Below are positions 8,792 through 18,705 of a stretch of 64,000 nt of DNA, one piece after another. The stretch is from an uncultured Verrucomicrobiota bacterium. GTDB lineage: Bacteria > Verrucomicrobiota > Verrucomicrobiia > Limisphaerales > CAIQOK01. The notes below the pieces were generated by a model. That model ran no database searches. It worked only from the letters and a program-made list of their open reading frames with translations, and was not told the origin of the DNA. Numbering within the stretch: the stretch's first letter is position 1; every line of letters starts with the position of its first letter. The DNA is taken from NCBI GenBank assembly GCA_903873415.1, contig CAIQOK010000034.1, positions 43,962-107,961 on the forward strand, given 5' to 3'. A program made the translations under genes and the position numbers.

Positions 8792-10330
8792 TCAGGTCGT
8801 GGCCGGTGGCGTTGATCCGTCGGGGCGAGCCTGACGCAGCTCGGTTTTCAAGATCTTGCCTGTGGCATTGCGGGGGAGGGAAACAACGAAAAACACGCGG
8901 CGTGGCACTTTGTAATCCGCCAACCTTTCCCGGATGAATTTCAACAAAGCCATCTCTTCCAGATGAATTCCCTCCGTCGGCACCACAAATGCCACCGGCT
9001 GCTCGCCGCGCCGCGGGTCGGGCCATCCGACAACCGCCGATTCCTTGACATTGGGAAACTGGTGGATGATTTCTTCAACCTCTCTTGGATAAACGTTGAT
9101 ACCATTGACCAGCAGCATGTCTTTCTTGCGGTCGGTGATGAAGAAATAGCCATCGGCGTCGCGGTGGCCCATGTCGCCGGTGTAGAGCCAGCCCTTACGC
9201 AAGGCGCGGGCTGTTTCTTCGGGCTGGTTCCAATAGCCGAGCATCACGTTGCCGCCGCGAATGCAGATTTCCCCCGTTTGGCCCGTGGGCAGTTCCAGGC
9301 CCGTTTCGTCGCGGATGCTCAATTCCACGCCAGGGATGGGTTTGCCGATGGATCCCGGGCGGTTTTCGCCATGGATGGGGTTGACGGTTGCGACCGGACT
9401 GCTTTCGGTGGGGCCGTAACCCTCACGCAAGGGGAAGGGGAACTGAGTGGTGAAAGCGCGGTAGAGCTCCAGCGGCAGCGGTGCTCCGCCGCTGACGCAG
9501 AGTTTGAGGGGGAGTTTGCCGAAGTCCGCGACGCCCAGCAGGGCTCGATAGAAGGAGGGCACCGCCGGCAAGATCGTGCCGTGATGACGGGTGATTTCTT
9601 CAAGCACCTGCTTGAAGGGGTGCAGGGTTTTAAGCAGCAAAATGCCCGCCCCGGCCAGCATCGGCGTCAGGGTCCCCACCGTGAACATGAAACTGTGGAA
9701 TTGCGGTAGCGCCACCACAATCCGGTCTTCGGCGCGAATATCCAGCGCCAGCAGGCAGCTGTTGACGTTGTGCAGAAAATTGCCGTGCGTGAGCATCGCC
9801 CCTTTGGGGTGTCCGGTGGTGCCTGAGGTGTAAAGCAGCGCCGCCAGATCTTTCTCATTCCGATCCACGGCCGTTTCCTGCGGCACAGGAAGACTTTCAA
9901 AATCCTCAGCTAGACTGAACCGCAGGCTGGGGAGCAGGGTCGAGACGCCCTTGGCAGCCTCTGCCAAGCTCCGTTCGCTGATCACCGTTGTTGCGCCTGA
10001 ATCCCGAAGTATGAAAGCGATTTCCTCCGGTTTCAGGAAATGGCTGATCGGCACGATCACCGCCCCGGCTTGGGCAATACCGAACAACGCCGGGACGAAC
10101 TCCGGCCGGTTTTTCAGCCAGACCGCCACGCGGTCGCCCGGTCGAATCCCGAATGAATGCCGCAACGCCGCAGACACCGCCAGCGTAAGGGCAAAGAGTT
10201 GCTCGAATGTATACTCGGCGTCACCCCAGCAAAGGGCTGTCTTGTTCGGATTTCTCCGCACGGCGTCGGCGAATGCCTGGGCTAGGTTCATTTGTCCGGG
10301 GACGGTAGGCGATGCTGATGGGGTGGGCAA
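8792..10330 (-). CDS. AMP-dependent synthetase / long-chain fatty-acid--CoA ligase family
   Basis: 512 aa. AMP-binding motifs YTSGTTGHPKGA, GYGPTE and YTGDMG, plus a C-terminal ...LPRNATGKILK. Confidence 0.85.
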   Translation of the reverse strand: MPTPSASPTVPGQMNLAQAFADAVRRNPNKTALCWGDAEYTFEQLFALTLAVSAALRHSFGIRPGDRVAVWLKNRPEFVPALFGIAQAGAVIVPISHFLKPEEIAFILRDSGATTVISERSLAEAAKGVSTLLPSLRFSLAEDFESLPVPQETAVDRNEKDLAALLYTSGTTGHPKGAMLTHGNFLHNVNSCLLALDIRAEDRIVVALPQFHSFMFTVGTLTPMLAGAGILLLKTLHPFKQVLEEITRHHGTILPAVPSFYRALLGVADFGKLPLKLCVSGGAPLPLELYRAFTTQFPFPLREGYGPTESSPVATVNPIHGENRPGSIGKPIPGVELSIRDETGLELPTGQTGEICIRGGNVMLGYWNQPEETARALRKGWLYTGDMGHRDADGYFFITDRKKDMLLVNGINVYPREVEEIIHQFPNVKESAVVGWPDPRRGEQPVAFVVPTEGIHLEEMALLKFIRERLADYKVPRRVFFVVSLPRNATGKILKTELRQARPDGSTPPATT

Positions 10331-10583
10331 GAGGGTAGGTCGGAGCGGATGGCGAAGTTGGCCGTGTTTCTTCGAGGCGTGGAAGCTGGTGGGGGGGCTT
10401 TTCGGGCGGGTTTAGGAGCGGCGTCCGGCAAAAACAAGTGTTCCAAATCGGTATTACTGCTGATGTTCAGGTTGCCCTGAATCTGCCATTGTAGCTTTGC
10501 AGATCGGGGTTGGTCTGCCACGGGTTCATGGTAGGTGTGCGAATGGGGCGGTTGAGTTTGGTTTCTCAGCCGCCTCATTTCCA

Positions 10584-13133
10584 TCAGGGGCGGATGATTG
10601 ATACCACACAGGTTTCTGGGCGGAGATATTTGCCCGCCACAATGCGGATTTGCTCCAGGCTGACGGCCTCAATCCGCGCGTCATCCAGTTCTGTGTGCTG
10701 GTAGCCCAGACCATAGAGTTCGTCTAAAGCGGTGCTCATGGCCAGATTTCCAAGATCCTGGCGGGATATTTTGCGCTGGCCAATGATTTTGGCTTTGGCG
10801 CGTTTGAGTTCGTCGGCGGTGAGTCCTTCGGTCCTGAGAAGTTCCGCCTCATGGAGCAATTCTTTTTCGACCAGCTCAACCTGTTCGGGCATTGTGCCGA
10901 CATAAAAGCTGAAATATCCCGGCACCAGTCCGGCCATGTGTTGGGCGCCGACATAATAGGCCAAGCCCAGTTGTTCACGGATTCGCAGGAACAAGCGCGA
11001 TCCCAAATCGCTGCAGGCCTCCTGCAAGAGGTCGAGCGCGTAGCGGTCTCCGTCGTGGAGGGTTGTGCCGGGGAAGCCGATGACCAAGACGGCCTGCTTC
11101 TTGTCGCGGACGGTGGTCACGCGTTTGACCGGGGTATGAGTGGAGTGGGGGCGGGGGGCGGGACGGGTGGTGGAGGGGTTCCAATTTCCCAGCACTTTTT
11201 CGACTGCCGCTCTCACTTCGGCGGGGTTGATATCCCCATAAATAGCCAGGACGCAGTTGTCCGGGGTGACAAGTCGGTCATGCAGCGCCTTTAGTCCGGC
11301 GGTGGACAATGCGCGAACTGTTTCGTCAGTGCCCAAGGAATCGAGGCCGTAATCCGAGTCGCCGAAGAGCGCCCGGCGCATGGCGTTCCCGGCGCTTTTT
11401 AGCAATTGATCCTTCTGCGCCCGGATGCCGGCCAGATGCACTTCCCGCTCCCGTTCCAGCGCTGCCTCCGGAAAGGTGGGATTTAACAGGACGTCGGCCA
11501 CCAGATCGAGGCCGATGGCAAAATCAGCGCTCAGCACCTCGGCATTCACGCCGAAACTATTGTTCCCGCCGTAGGTGTCAAGGTGTCCGCCGATGGACTC
11601 GATGCCGATTGCGAGGTCTTCGGCGGAGCGGCGGGTGGTGCCTTTGAGGAGCAGTCGGCTCATGAGTTGGGTGATGCCGTTATTCTGGGCGGTTTCGGCC
11701 AGAACGCCGCCTTGGAACACCGCGCGGAATTCGACAAAGGGCAGGCGGTGGTTTTCTTTGACCAGCAGGCGCAGGCCGTTGGGAAGATCGAATTTCTCAA
11801 CCGCCTGGTCCCGGCTGGATTGATCCGGTGCCGCAATTTTGGGGGCCGTGCCGGTCGGTAGCAGGGCGTAGAGTGTGCGGTTTTCCCGGGTGAGATATTC
11901 GCGGGCAACGCGCTGCAACTCGAGCGGGGTGATGGTTTTGACGGCTGCCAGATAGCGTTCTGAAAAATTAAGGTCGCCGGCGGAAAGCCAGTTGCCGCCC
12001 AGATCCTGGGCCTGTCCCTGCATTGTTTTGCGCGAAGCCAGGGTGGCGGAGATGAACTGTTTAACAGCCTTGTCGAGTTCGCCGGCGGTGACTGGGGCGG
12101 TTTTCATCCGCTCCACCTCGGCCAGCAGCGCCGGGCAGGCGGCGGAGAATTGTTCCGCATCCACCATCGCGCTCAGGCCGAAGAGGCCCGGAGCTCCGGG
12201 GCTGTAGGTCCAAGCCTCGGCGTGATGAACCACGCCCTGCTTCTCACGCACTTTCTGATACAGCCGGGAGCTGCGCCCGCTGCCCAGCAGAGTGGCCAGC
12301 ACGTCGAGAAGCGGCACGTCCCGATGGCGCACATCGGGGATGTGCCAGGCGAAATGCAGGTGGCCGATTTCAACGGCCGACTCTTCGATGATCTCGCGCG
12401 GGGCTGTCTGCCTCGGCTCGGCGGGCAGCACCACGGGCGGCAGGGCCCGGGATTTGGTCTTGGCATAGGCCTGTCGGATCTGCGCCATTACCTCCGCCGG
12501 TTGCACGTCGCCGGTCACCACATAAAAGACATTGTTCGGCGCATATTTCTCCTCGTAATAATGCCGGATATCCTCCGTCTTGAGCTCGTTGAAAATATCG
12601 GGGTAGCCAATAATGGTGAAGCGGTATGGACTGCGGGTGTAGGCCGTTTCGAACAGGCGCCGGCTTGCACGGCGGCCCGGGTCGTCCTGTCCCATATCCA
12701 TTTCACGGCGGATGACGTCCAGTTCCTTGGCGAGATCCTCTGGTGGCAGACTGGCGTGCTGCATGATATCGCAGAGGATGTCTATGGCAGTGCGGGTGCC
12801 GGTGTTGGGGACATCGATGTGGTAGACCGTGCGGTCGAAACTGGTGTAGGCGTTCATGTATCCGCCAGCCTCCTGCACTTCCTGGTCGATCCGGCTGCCG
12901 GGTCGGGTGGTGGTGCCTTTGAAAAGCATGTGTTCCAGCACATGGGACAGGCCGGACCCCAGCCATCGACCTTCATGGATGCTGCCGGCCGCGCACCAAG
13001 CCTGGACGGAAACAACGGGGGCGCTGTGATCCTCGCGGATTATCACAGTCAGGCCGTTTTCGAGTGTGGTGAGGCTTACCCCGGGCGGGCAGGCGGGGAT
13101 TTCGTGGGGAGGGAGCGGGTTGGTCATTTTCAA
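10584..13133 (-). CDS. M16-family zinc peptidase, tandem two-unit (PqqL-like) form
   Basis: 849 aa. Inverted zinc motif HVLEHMLFKGT (HxxEH) in the N-terminal unit, and a second inactive M16 unit in the C-terminal half. Confidence 0.9.
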   Translation of the reverse strand: MKMTNPLPPHEIPACPPGVSLTTLENGLTVIIREDHSAPVVSVQAWCAAGSIHEGRWLGSGLSHVLEHMLFKGTTTRPGSRIDQEVQEAGGYMNAYTSFDRTVYHIDVPNTGTRTAIDILCDIMQHASLPPEDLAKELDVIRREMDMGQDDPGRRASRRLFETAYTRSPYRFTIIGYPDIFNELKTEDIRHYYEEKYAPNNVFYVVTGDVQPAEVMAQIRQAYAKTKSRALPPVVLPAEPRQTAPREIIEESAVEIGHLHFAWHIPDVRHRDVPLLDVLATLLGSGRSSRLYQKVREKQGVVHHAEAWTYSPGAPGLFGLSAMVDAEQFSAACPALLAEVERMKTAPVTAGELDKAVKQFISATLASRKTMQGQAQDLGGNWLSAGDLNFSERYLAAVKTITPLELQRVAREYLTRENRTLYALLPTGTAPKIAAPDQSSRDQAVEKFDLPNGLRLLVKENHRLPFVEFRAVFQGGVLAETAQNNGITQLMSRLLLKGTTRRSAEDLAIGIESIGGHLDTYGGNNSFGVNAEVLSADFAIGLDLVADVLLNPTFPEAALEREREVHLAGIRAQKDQLLKSAGNAMRRALFGDSDYGLDSLGTDETVRALSTAGLKALHDRLVTPDNCVLAIYGDINPAEVRAAVEKVLGNWNPSTTRPAPRPHSTHTPVKRVTTVRDKKQAVLVIGFPGTTLHDGDRYALDLLQEACSDLGSRLFLRIREQLGLAYYVGAQHMAGLVPGYFSFYVGTMPEQVELVEKELLHEAELLRTEGLTADELKRAKAKIIGQRKISRQDLGNLAMSTALDELYGLGYQHTELDDARIEAVSLEQIRIVAGKYLRPETCVVSIIRP

Positions 13134-13411
13134 TTCAAATTGGATGGGAAAGGTATTCAGAAATGCATTCAGGGCAATTTAATTTGGTGCGCCAGCCGTC
13201 CGCGCTGGGAAATGCGCGAGCGTGTGGCTGCCACGGATCCTTCCAGGCGGGCGGTTGAAGGCATCCTGAAAGAGCAGGAAGTATCGGGGTGGAAATTCCG
13301 AGGTGGATCATCCGCGCCGGGGTTGATGCGGAAAGGGCGGAGGGTTGGAAACCGCGGGATTTCCTCTGATGAGCCTGTGTGCGAGCCGGTCGCCCTGCGC
13401 GGAATGGCGCA

Positions 13412-13831
13412 TCAGCATGCCAGCGGGTCGGGCGTGGATTTCAACTTGCTCTTGGGTAAAAAGGGGTTCCGGAAGGCTTGATTAAAATCATAGCCGTCCT
13501 GAAAGTCCTCCCGGCTGTCCGTCTCGGTCTTGGCGAGCCAACCTGTTTCCACCATGTTGAAAACGATTTCGCCGAAATCCCGGCAGGTGTGGATTCCCCA
13601 CTCATCAAAAACCGTGAGCGCCATGGGACCGAATTGCGCCAAGGCAAAGTCACGGATGCCGGAGAGCAGCTCTTGGCCGCTGACGTGGCGGAGCTGGCCC
13701 CGGTTTTCCTTCACGATGCACTTCTGGGTGTGGTCAAGGGCCTCACGCACAAAGTAATAGGAGTCGCGGTGGAAGCGCGGGTCCCGGGCTTGGATGTTCT
13801 CCAGAGCCTGTTCGAAGGTTATTTGCTGCAT
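13412..13831 (-). CDS. Minf_1886-type small conserved protein of Verrucomicrobia/Planctomycetes
   Basis: Start taken at the internal ATG (cat 13829-13831): MQQITFEQALENIQARDPRFHRDSYYFVREALDHTQK...RHVSGQELLSGIRDFALAQFGPMALTVFDEWGIHTCRDFGEIVFNMVETGWLAKTETDSREDF. This matches my recollection of that PVC-restricted family. The upstream 32 codons are Arg/Pro-rich. Confidence 0.55.
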   Translation of the reverse strand: MQQITFEQALENIQARDPRFHRDSYYFVREALDHTQKCIVKENRGQLRHVSGQELLSGIRDFALAQFGPMALTVFDEWGIHTCRDFGEIVFNMVETGWLAKTETDSREDFQDGYDFNQAFRNPFLPKSKLKSTPDPLAC

Positions 13832-14198
13832 GTCAGGGGTTTGCCGGGGCGGTGGTCTGAATTTTGGGCGGGTGCGCGGCGCGCCATACTTTGACCGCCC
13901 ATCCGGTGAGCAGTAGGAGCGCCGCAAGGCAGATTACCAGTTGCTCCTGCTTGGTCAGGCGGTTCATAGCTCCACTTTAAGGGAGCCCGCTGCAAGCACA
14001 ATCCCATTCCAATTCCCGCCGTGATATTTGCGGCTGAAGCTTGCAGTACAAGCCGTCGCCGTGTTTTCATACCTGTAATCGGTGGAATGGGGCATGGGTT
14101 AAGTAAAATTTAGCCGGGGCATTGCCATGCGTTTCACCCAGACCGGCCGCTTCCGGACTGGGTGAAAGGGGTGCGGGAGAAAATGTGTTTAAAAAAGG

Positions 14199-14226
14199 TT
14201 GCGCCGATGCGGCGGCTTGCTATAGT
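14199..14226 (+). promoter_or_regulatory. candidate sigma70-type promoter of the rpsL operon
   Basis: TTGCGC (14199-14204), a 16-nt spacer, then TATAGT (14221-14226). It is preceded by an A/T-rich stretch (aaaatgtgtttaaaaaagg) and lies 56 nt upstream of the rpsL ATG. Confidence 0.35.
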
Positions 14227-14281
14227 CCGGATTCAGTTTGTCTCAAAAAGACAGCAGAGAACGAAATAATTTTAAAAGCGA

Positions 14282-14668
14282 ATGCCGACAATTAATCAAT
14301 TGGTCCGCCAGGGCCGCACTAAAATCCGATACAAGTCCAAGTCGCCGGCGCTGGAAAATTCCCCTTTTCGCCGGGGCGTTTGCATCCAGGTCATGACGCG
14401 CACTCCCAAAAAGCCCAACTCGGCAATGCGTAAAGTGGCCAAAGTGCGGCTTACGAATGGCTATGAGGTGATCGCTTATATCCCGGACGAGGGCCATAAT
14501 TTGCAGGAGCACTCCATTGTTCTGGTGCGTGGCGGGCGCGTGAAGGATTTGCCGGGTGTTCGTTACCACATTGTTCGCGGCACTCTGGATGCCGCCGGTG
14601 TGGAAAAGCGCCGCGTCAGCCGTTCCAAATATGGCGTCAAGCGCCCCAAGGCACCCAAGGCCGCCTAA
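14282..14668 (+). CDS. rpsL: 30S ribosomal protein S12
   Basis: [12 protein letters not shown]...[19 protein letters not shown]...[19 protein letters not shown] is canonical S12. Confidence 0.98.
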   Translation: MPTINQLVRQGRTKIRYKSKSPALENSPFRRGVCIQVMTRTPKKPNSAMRKVAKVRLTNGYEVIAYIPDEGHNLQEHSIVLVRGGRVKDLPGVRYHIVRGTLDAAGVEKRRVSRSKYGVKRPKAPKAA

Positions 14669-14699
14669 ACCGACTCAACTTTTAACCGACTAATCAACC

Positions 14700-15173
14700 A
14701 TGTCCCGACGACGTCAAGCCTCCAAACGCCCGGTCACCAGTGATGCCAAATTCGGCAGCACTCTGGTCAATCGCCTAGTCAACACCGTCATGCGCTCCGG
14801 CAATAAGAGCACAGCGCAGCGGATTGTTTACGGGGCCTTCGATCAGCTCAGCGAGAAAAACCCCGCCTCCAACCCGCTGGAAATCCTGCAGCGCGCCGTG
14901 GACAATGCGAAACCGCGTTTGGAGATCAAGCCCCGCCGTGTGGGCGGCGCCACTTACCAAGTGCCCGTGGAAGTCACCAGCGACCGGCAGTTCGCCCTTG
15001 CTCTCCGCTGGCTGGTGGATTTTGCCGATGCACGCAAGGGGATTCCAATGAAGGAGGCGCTGGCCGCTGAGATCATGGAAGCCTTCCAAGGGCAGGGCAA
15101 CGCGATCCGGAAACGCGACGACGTTCACAAGATGGCTCAAGCCAACAAAGCTTTTGCCCACTTCCGTTGGTAG
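14700..15173 (+). CDS. rpsG: 30S ribosomal protein S7
   Basis: 157 aa. ...RRVGGATYQVPVEV...MAQANKAFAHFRW is canonical S7. Confidence 0.98.
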   Translation: MSRRRQASKRPVTSDAKFGSTLVNRLVNTVMRSGNKSTAQRIVYGAFDQLSEKNPASNPLEILQRAVDNAKPRLEIKPRRVGGATYQVPVEVTSDRQFALALRWLVDFADARKGIPMKEALAAEIMEAFQGQGNAIRKRDDVHKMAQANKAFAHFRW

Positions 15174-15188
15174 CAGAACTTTCCCATG

Positions 15189-15223
15189 ACGCCCCGACGG
15201 TAAAACGCCGGGGCGTTTTTTTT
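15189..15223 (+). terminator. intrinsic terminator/attenuator between rpsG and fusA
   Basis: ACGCCCCGACG (15189-15199) pairs with CGCCGGGGCGT (15206-15216) with one mismatch around a 6-nt loop. It is followed by T8 (15216-15223). Confidence 0.55.
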
Positions 15224-15253
15224 ACCACTTTAACCTGACCGGAAAATTGTAAG

Positions 15254-17443
15254 ATGAGCGCAGAAATCACCTCCCCCAATTCGCCCAATCGTGAATACAC
15301 CTTGGAGCGCACCCGCAACATCGGTATCGCCGCGCACATTGACGCCGGCAAGACCACCACGACCGAGCGGATCTTGTTTTATACCGGGCTGATTCACAAG
15401 ATCGGCGATGTGGATGACGGCAATACGGTGACCGATTGGATGGAGCAGGAAAAAGAGCGCGGCATCACGATCACTTCCGCGGCGGTCACTTGTTTCTGGA
15501 CACAGAAGACCGTGAAGCCCGGGGAAGATCAGATTTACAAGGCTTTCAACAACATTGCCCACCGCATCAACATTATCGACACCCCGGGTCACGTGGACTT
15601 CACGGCCGAGGTGGAGCGTTCCATGCGCGTGCTGGACGGAGCTGTTGCAGTGTTTTGCGGCGTGGCGGGCGTTCAGCCTCAATCTGAAACCGTCTGGCGT
15701 CAGGCGACGAAATACAACGTTCCCCGCATTGCGTTCGTCAACAAGATGGACCGCATGGGGGCGAACTTTGACAATGCCCTCAACGACATGCGCACCAAGC
15801 TGCGCGCTTATGCGTTTCCCGTCTTTCTGCCGATCGGGGCCGAGGAGCAGTTCGCTGGCGTGATCGACGTGGTGAATCAGAAAGCGGTCATTTGGGGCGA
15901 AGGCGATCTCACCACGGAAGGCTTGGTTTATGAGGTCAAAGATCTTGACCCGGTTCAAAAAGAGCGGGCCGAGGCGGCGCTCGCTGAATTGATCGATGCC
16001 GTGTCCAACAAGGATCCGGAGATTGAAAATCTGGTGTTGGAAGAAAAGCCGATTACGGCGCCTATCCTCAAGGCGGCCATCCGCCGCTTGACCTGCAAGA
16101 TCGAGCTTGTTCCAGTGCTGTGCGGTTCGGCGTTCAAGAAGAAAGCCGTGCAAATCCTCGTCGACGCGGTCATCGACTATCTCCCCAGCCCGATCGATAT
16201 TCCCGGGGCTGAAGGACATGAGTTGGGCACGGAGGTGGTCGTGAAAGTTCCCACCACCGACCATGCCAAGTTCTGTTCCCTGGCTTTCAAGCTCTGGACT
16301 GATCCCTATGCGGGTAAGCTGGTTTTCTTCCGCGTCTATTCCGGCCATCTCAAGAAGGGGGACACCATTTACAATCCGCGCACCCGCAAACGCGAGCGGG
16401 TCAGCCGACTCATGGTCATTCAGGGCAGCGAGCGCAAGGATATTAACGAGGTCTACGCCGGCGACATCGCCGCGCTGGTCGGGTTGCGCAACATCACGAC
16501 GGGCGACACCTTGTGCGACGAGGATTTTGACGTCACACTCGAACCGCCGACGTTCCCGGAACCGGTCATCAGCATGGCAGTGGAGCCCAAGACCAAGCAG
16601 GATCGTGACAAGCTGTCCGAAGGACTGCAGCGTCTTGCTGAAGAGGATCCTACTTTCCGTTGCTTTACGAACGAGGAGACCAGCCAGCTGATCATCGCCG
16701 GCATGGGTGAGTTGCATCTGGAAATCATCATAGACCGGCTCAAGCGCGAGTTCAAAGTGGAGGCCAATACCGGCGCTCCTCAGATTGCGTATCGTGAGAC
16801 CATCACGAAGAATGCCGAAGGAGAGGGTAAATTCATTCGTCAGTCCGGCGGTAAGGGGCAATACGGACACGCATGTATCACCGTCACCCCCAACGAAAAG
16901 GGCAAGGGCGTCGAAGTGGTCGACGAAATCGTCGGCGGCACGATTCCAAAGGAATACATTCCGGCTGTCATTGACGGGATCCAAGAGGCCATCAAAGGCG
17001 GCGTTTATGCCGGATATCAGGTCATCGATATTAAAGTCGAGGTTGTGGATGGTTCCTTCCACGAAGTCGACTCCAACGAGCTGGCCTTCCGCATGGCTGG
17101 TATTTTCGCCTTGAAAGACGCCTTTAAGAAGGCGGGTCCGATTTTGCTGGAGCCGCTGATGAAAGTGGAGTGCACCACCCCCGACGAATATCAGGGCGAT
17201 CTCTTGGGTGACATCAATCGTCGTCGCGGTACGATTGTCAGCATCGAGGCGAAGAATGGTCAAACCGTGCTCAATGCGAATGTTCCTCTGGCGGAGATGT
17301 TCGGTTATGCCACGGCCATTCGCTCCCTTTCCAAGGGGCGTGCCTCTTACTCGATGGAACCGTTGAGTTTTGCCCAGGTCCCCAACAGCGTTCTGACCAC
17401 GATACTGGATCAGGCAGCCAAAAAACCGGCCGCCCGCACCTGA
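15254..17443 (+). CDS. fusA: translation elongation factor G
   Basis: 729 aa. G motifs [17 protein letters not shown] and NKMD, with EF-G domains II-V recognisable throughout. Confidence 0.97.
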   Translation: MSAEITSPNSPNREYTLERTRNIGIAAHIDAGKTTTTERILFYTGLIHKIGDVDDGNTVTDWMEQEKERGITITSAAVTCFWTQKTVKPGEDQIYKAFNNIAHRINIIDTPGHVDFTAEVERSMRVLDGAVAVFCGVAGVQPQSETVWRQATKYNVPRIAFVNKMDRMGANFDNALNDMRTKLRAYAFPVFLPIGAEEQFAGVIDVVNQKAVIWGEGDLTTEGLVYEVKDLDPVQKERAEAALAELIDAVSNKDPEIENLVLEEKPITAPILKAAIRRLTCKIELVPVLCGSAFKKKAVQILVDAVIDYLPSPIDIPGAEGHELGTEVVVKVPTTDHAKFCSLAFKLWTDPYAGKLVFFRVYSGHLKKGDTIYNPRTRKRERVSRLMVIQGSERKDINEVYAGDIAALVGLRNITTGDTLCDEDFDVTLEPPTFPEPVISMAVEPKTKQDRDKLSEGLQRLAEEDPTFRCFTNEETSQLIIAGMGELHLEIIIDRLKREFKVEANTGAPQIAYRETITKNAEGEGKFIRQSGGKGQYGHACITVTPNEKGKGVEVVDEIVGGTIPKEYIPAVIDGIQEAIKGGVYAGYQVIDIKVEVVDGSFHEVDSNELAFRMAGIFALKDAFKKAGPILLEPLMKVECTTPDEYQGDLLGDINRRRGTIVSIEAKNGQTVLNANVPLAEMFGYATAIRSLSKGRASYSMEPLSFAQVPNSVLTTILDQAAKKPAART

Positions 17444-17472
17444 TCCTCAAAGGGATTAAAGACATTGTCGCC

Positions 17473-17505
17473 AAACGGCCTCCGTTCGCGGAGGCCGTTT
17501 TTTTT
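17473..17505 (+). terminator. rho-independent terminator after fusA
   Basis: AAACGGCCTCCG, a TTCG loop, then CGGAGGCCGTTT (a perfect 12-bp stem), running into T8 (17498-17505). Confidence 0.75.
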
Positions 17506-17748
17506 ATGCAGACTAAGATTTCAATCCCTTGAGCAGGGGAGGGGAAGACGAAACAAAAAGGGTTTGGGCGGAATAAAAGCGAATGAGGAAGTTGAGATTC
17601 AAAAAAATTGAACGATAATATTCGCGTTCTGGTCTGATTAAAGACAGCGTAAATGTTCCGACATCGGTTCAAGAGTGCTTGGAGGGCTTGAATAGGGGGA
17701 TGTTGGCATCATTCTGGCTGTTAATAAGTTCCTGAAAGGTATCAACAT

Positions 17749-17913
17749 ATGCCAAAAACTGCTGAAACCATGACTGAAGCCGTAAGGGATCCTAAGTTCT
17801 CGTTTAGAAAAACCATTGATCAACCCAAAAAAGCCCTGAAACACCGCTACGAACGCCGTAAAATCAAAGAATACCTCCATTTGGGAGGTGGGTTTGAAGA
17901 GGGGCTGGCATAA
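17749..17913 (+). CDS. candidate small basic protein (54 aa)
   Basis: MPKTAETMTEAVRDPKFSFRKTIDQPKKALKHRYERRKIKEYLHLGGGFEEGLA. It ends 24 nt before a strong terminator. Codon usage is AT3-rich and unlike the host, so coding status is uncertain. Confidence 0.3.
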   Translation: MPKTAETMTEAVRDPKFSFRKTIDQPKKALKHRYERRKIKEYLHLGGGFEEGLA

Positions 17914-17936
17914 GCCTCCTTCCTAAGGACAAATCG

Positions 17937-17965
17937 AAAAAGCCACGCGCAAGCGTGGCTTTTTC
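17937..17965. terminator. bidirectional intrinsic terminator
   Basis: AAAA-AGCCACGC-GCAA-GCGTGGCT-TTTTT. An 8-bp GC-rich stem with a GNRA loop is flanked by an A-run and a T-run, so it could work on both strands. Confidence 0.6.
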
Positions 17966-18334
17966 ATATACATCCCTGATTGGACTGTGGGGTTTTGAGC
18001 AGGTTGGTTGCGGTGATTTGTTCAAAGGACATCTGTTTCTGTCCGGAATGTTACGGGCAACTCGGACTCCCAAGATTTCTACCGGACTATGGGAGCCCGG
18101 CTTTGCGGCGGGTAAAATGGGCGCCGACTCTCCGGTTCCCGGCAGCTCGACGGCGTTTTATTGGTCATGGCAGGAGGAAGGATTGACTGTGGCGGCTGGG
18201 GGTGGCTTTTGTAAGGATTAAAATCCGCAGAGAATCGCGCCACGGGAGTGGTAATAGGCGCTTGAATCTCGTCATAAGGCTTGCCAAGGCCGGGCATCGT
18301 TCATTAGATTGGACCTTCGTTTGAGCAAACAGGT

Positions 18335-18691
18335 ATGCATTTTATAAAATTCACCGCCCTTTTGGCCTTGGGCCAACCACCCACCCCAGCCGGAACCCAA
18401 CCCGATCCCAAAGGACAATTGGTCCAGACGATTGGCATGTTCGTTATCTTCGGCGTCATGTTCTATTTTCTGATGATCCGTCCTCAGAAAAAACGCGCGC
18501 AGGAGCAGGCTAAAATGCTCTCTTCGGTCAAAGCGGGTGACAAAATCCTGACCTCCAGCGGCATCATCGGTGTGGTTATCAGCGTCAAGGAAAAATCCGT
18601 CTCTATTCGTTCGTCCGACGCCAAGTTTGAAATCACCAAAGCCGCCATCACCGAGATCACTGAGCGATCCGGTGAGGGCGTTGAATCTTAA
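18335..18691 (+). CDS. yajC: preprotein translocase subunit YajC
   Basis: 118 aa. One TM followed by ...FYFLMIRPQKKRAQEQAKMLSSVKAGDKILTSSGIIGVV... is canonical YajC, and it sits directly upstream of secDF. Confidence 0.9.
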   Translation: MHFIKFTALLALGQPPTPAGTQPDPKGQLVQTIGMFVIFGVMFYFLMIRPQKKRAQEQAKMLSSVKAGDKILTSSGIIGVVISVKEKSVSIRSSDAKFEITKAAITEITERSGEGVES

Positions 18692-18705
18692 TTCTCTTTT
18701 TCCCC

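Noticed and set aside
15230-17263. A 677-codon open frame antisense to fusA. Similar very long antisense ORFs occur at 22923-24647 (recJ), 33719-34981 (argG), 40198-42066 (nadB), 12150-13481 (M16 peptidase), 25616-26743 (mscS), 47702-49156, 18688-19710, 3426-4358, 29853-30656 and 53608-54858.
   Set aside because: For the four I checked (fusA, recJ, argG, nadB), the antisense codons are exactly codon-aligned with the sense gene. In that register, antisense stops correspond to the sense codons TTA, CTA and TCA, which GC3-biased genes avoid. The products are Arg/Gly/His/Asp-rich with no motifs. This is a compositional artefact, not overlapping genes.
17638-17880. An 80-aa minus-strand ORF antisense to the 54-aa sORF.
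   Set aside because: It begins immediately downstream of the bidirectional terminator with no room for a promoter, and its sequence is Phe/Ser/Pro-rich and implausible. The + strand sORF fits the terminator geometry better, though it is itself uncertain.
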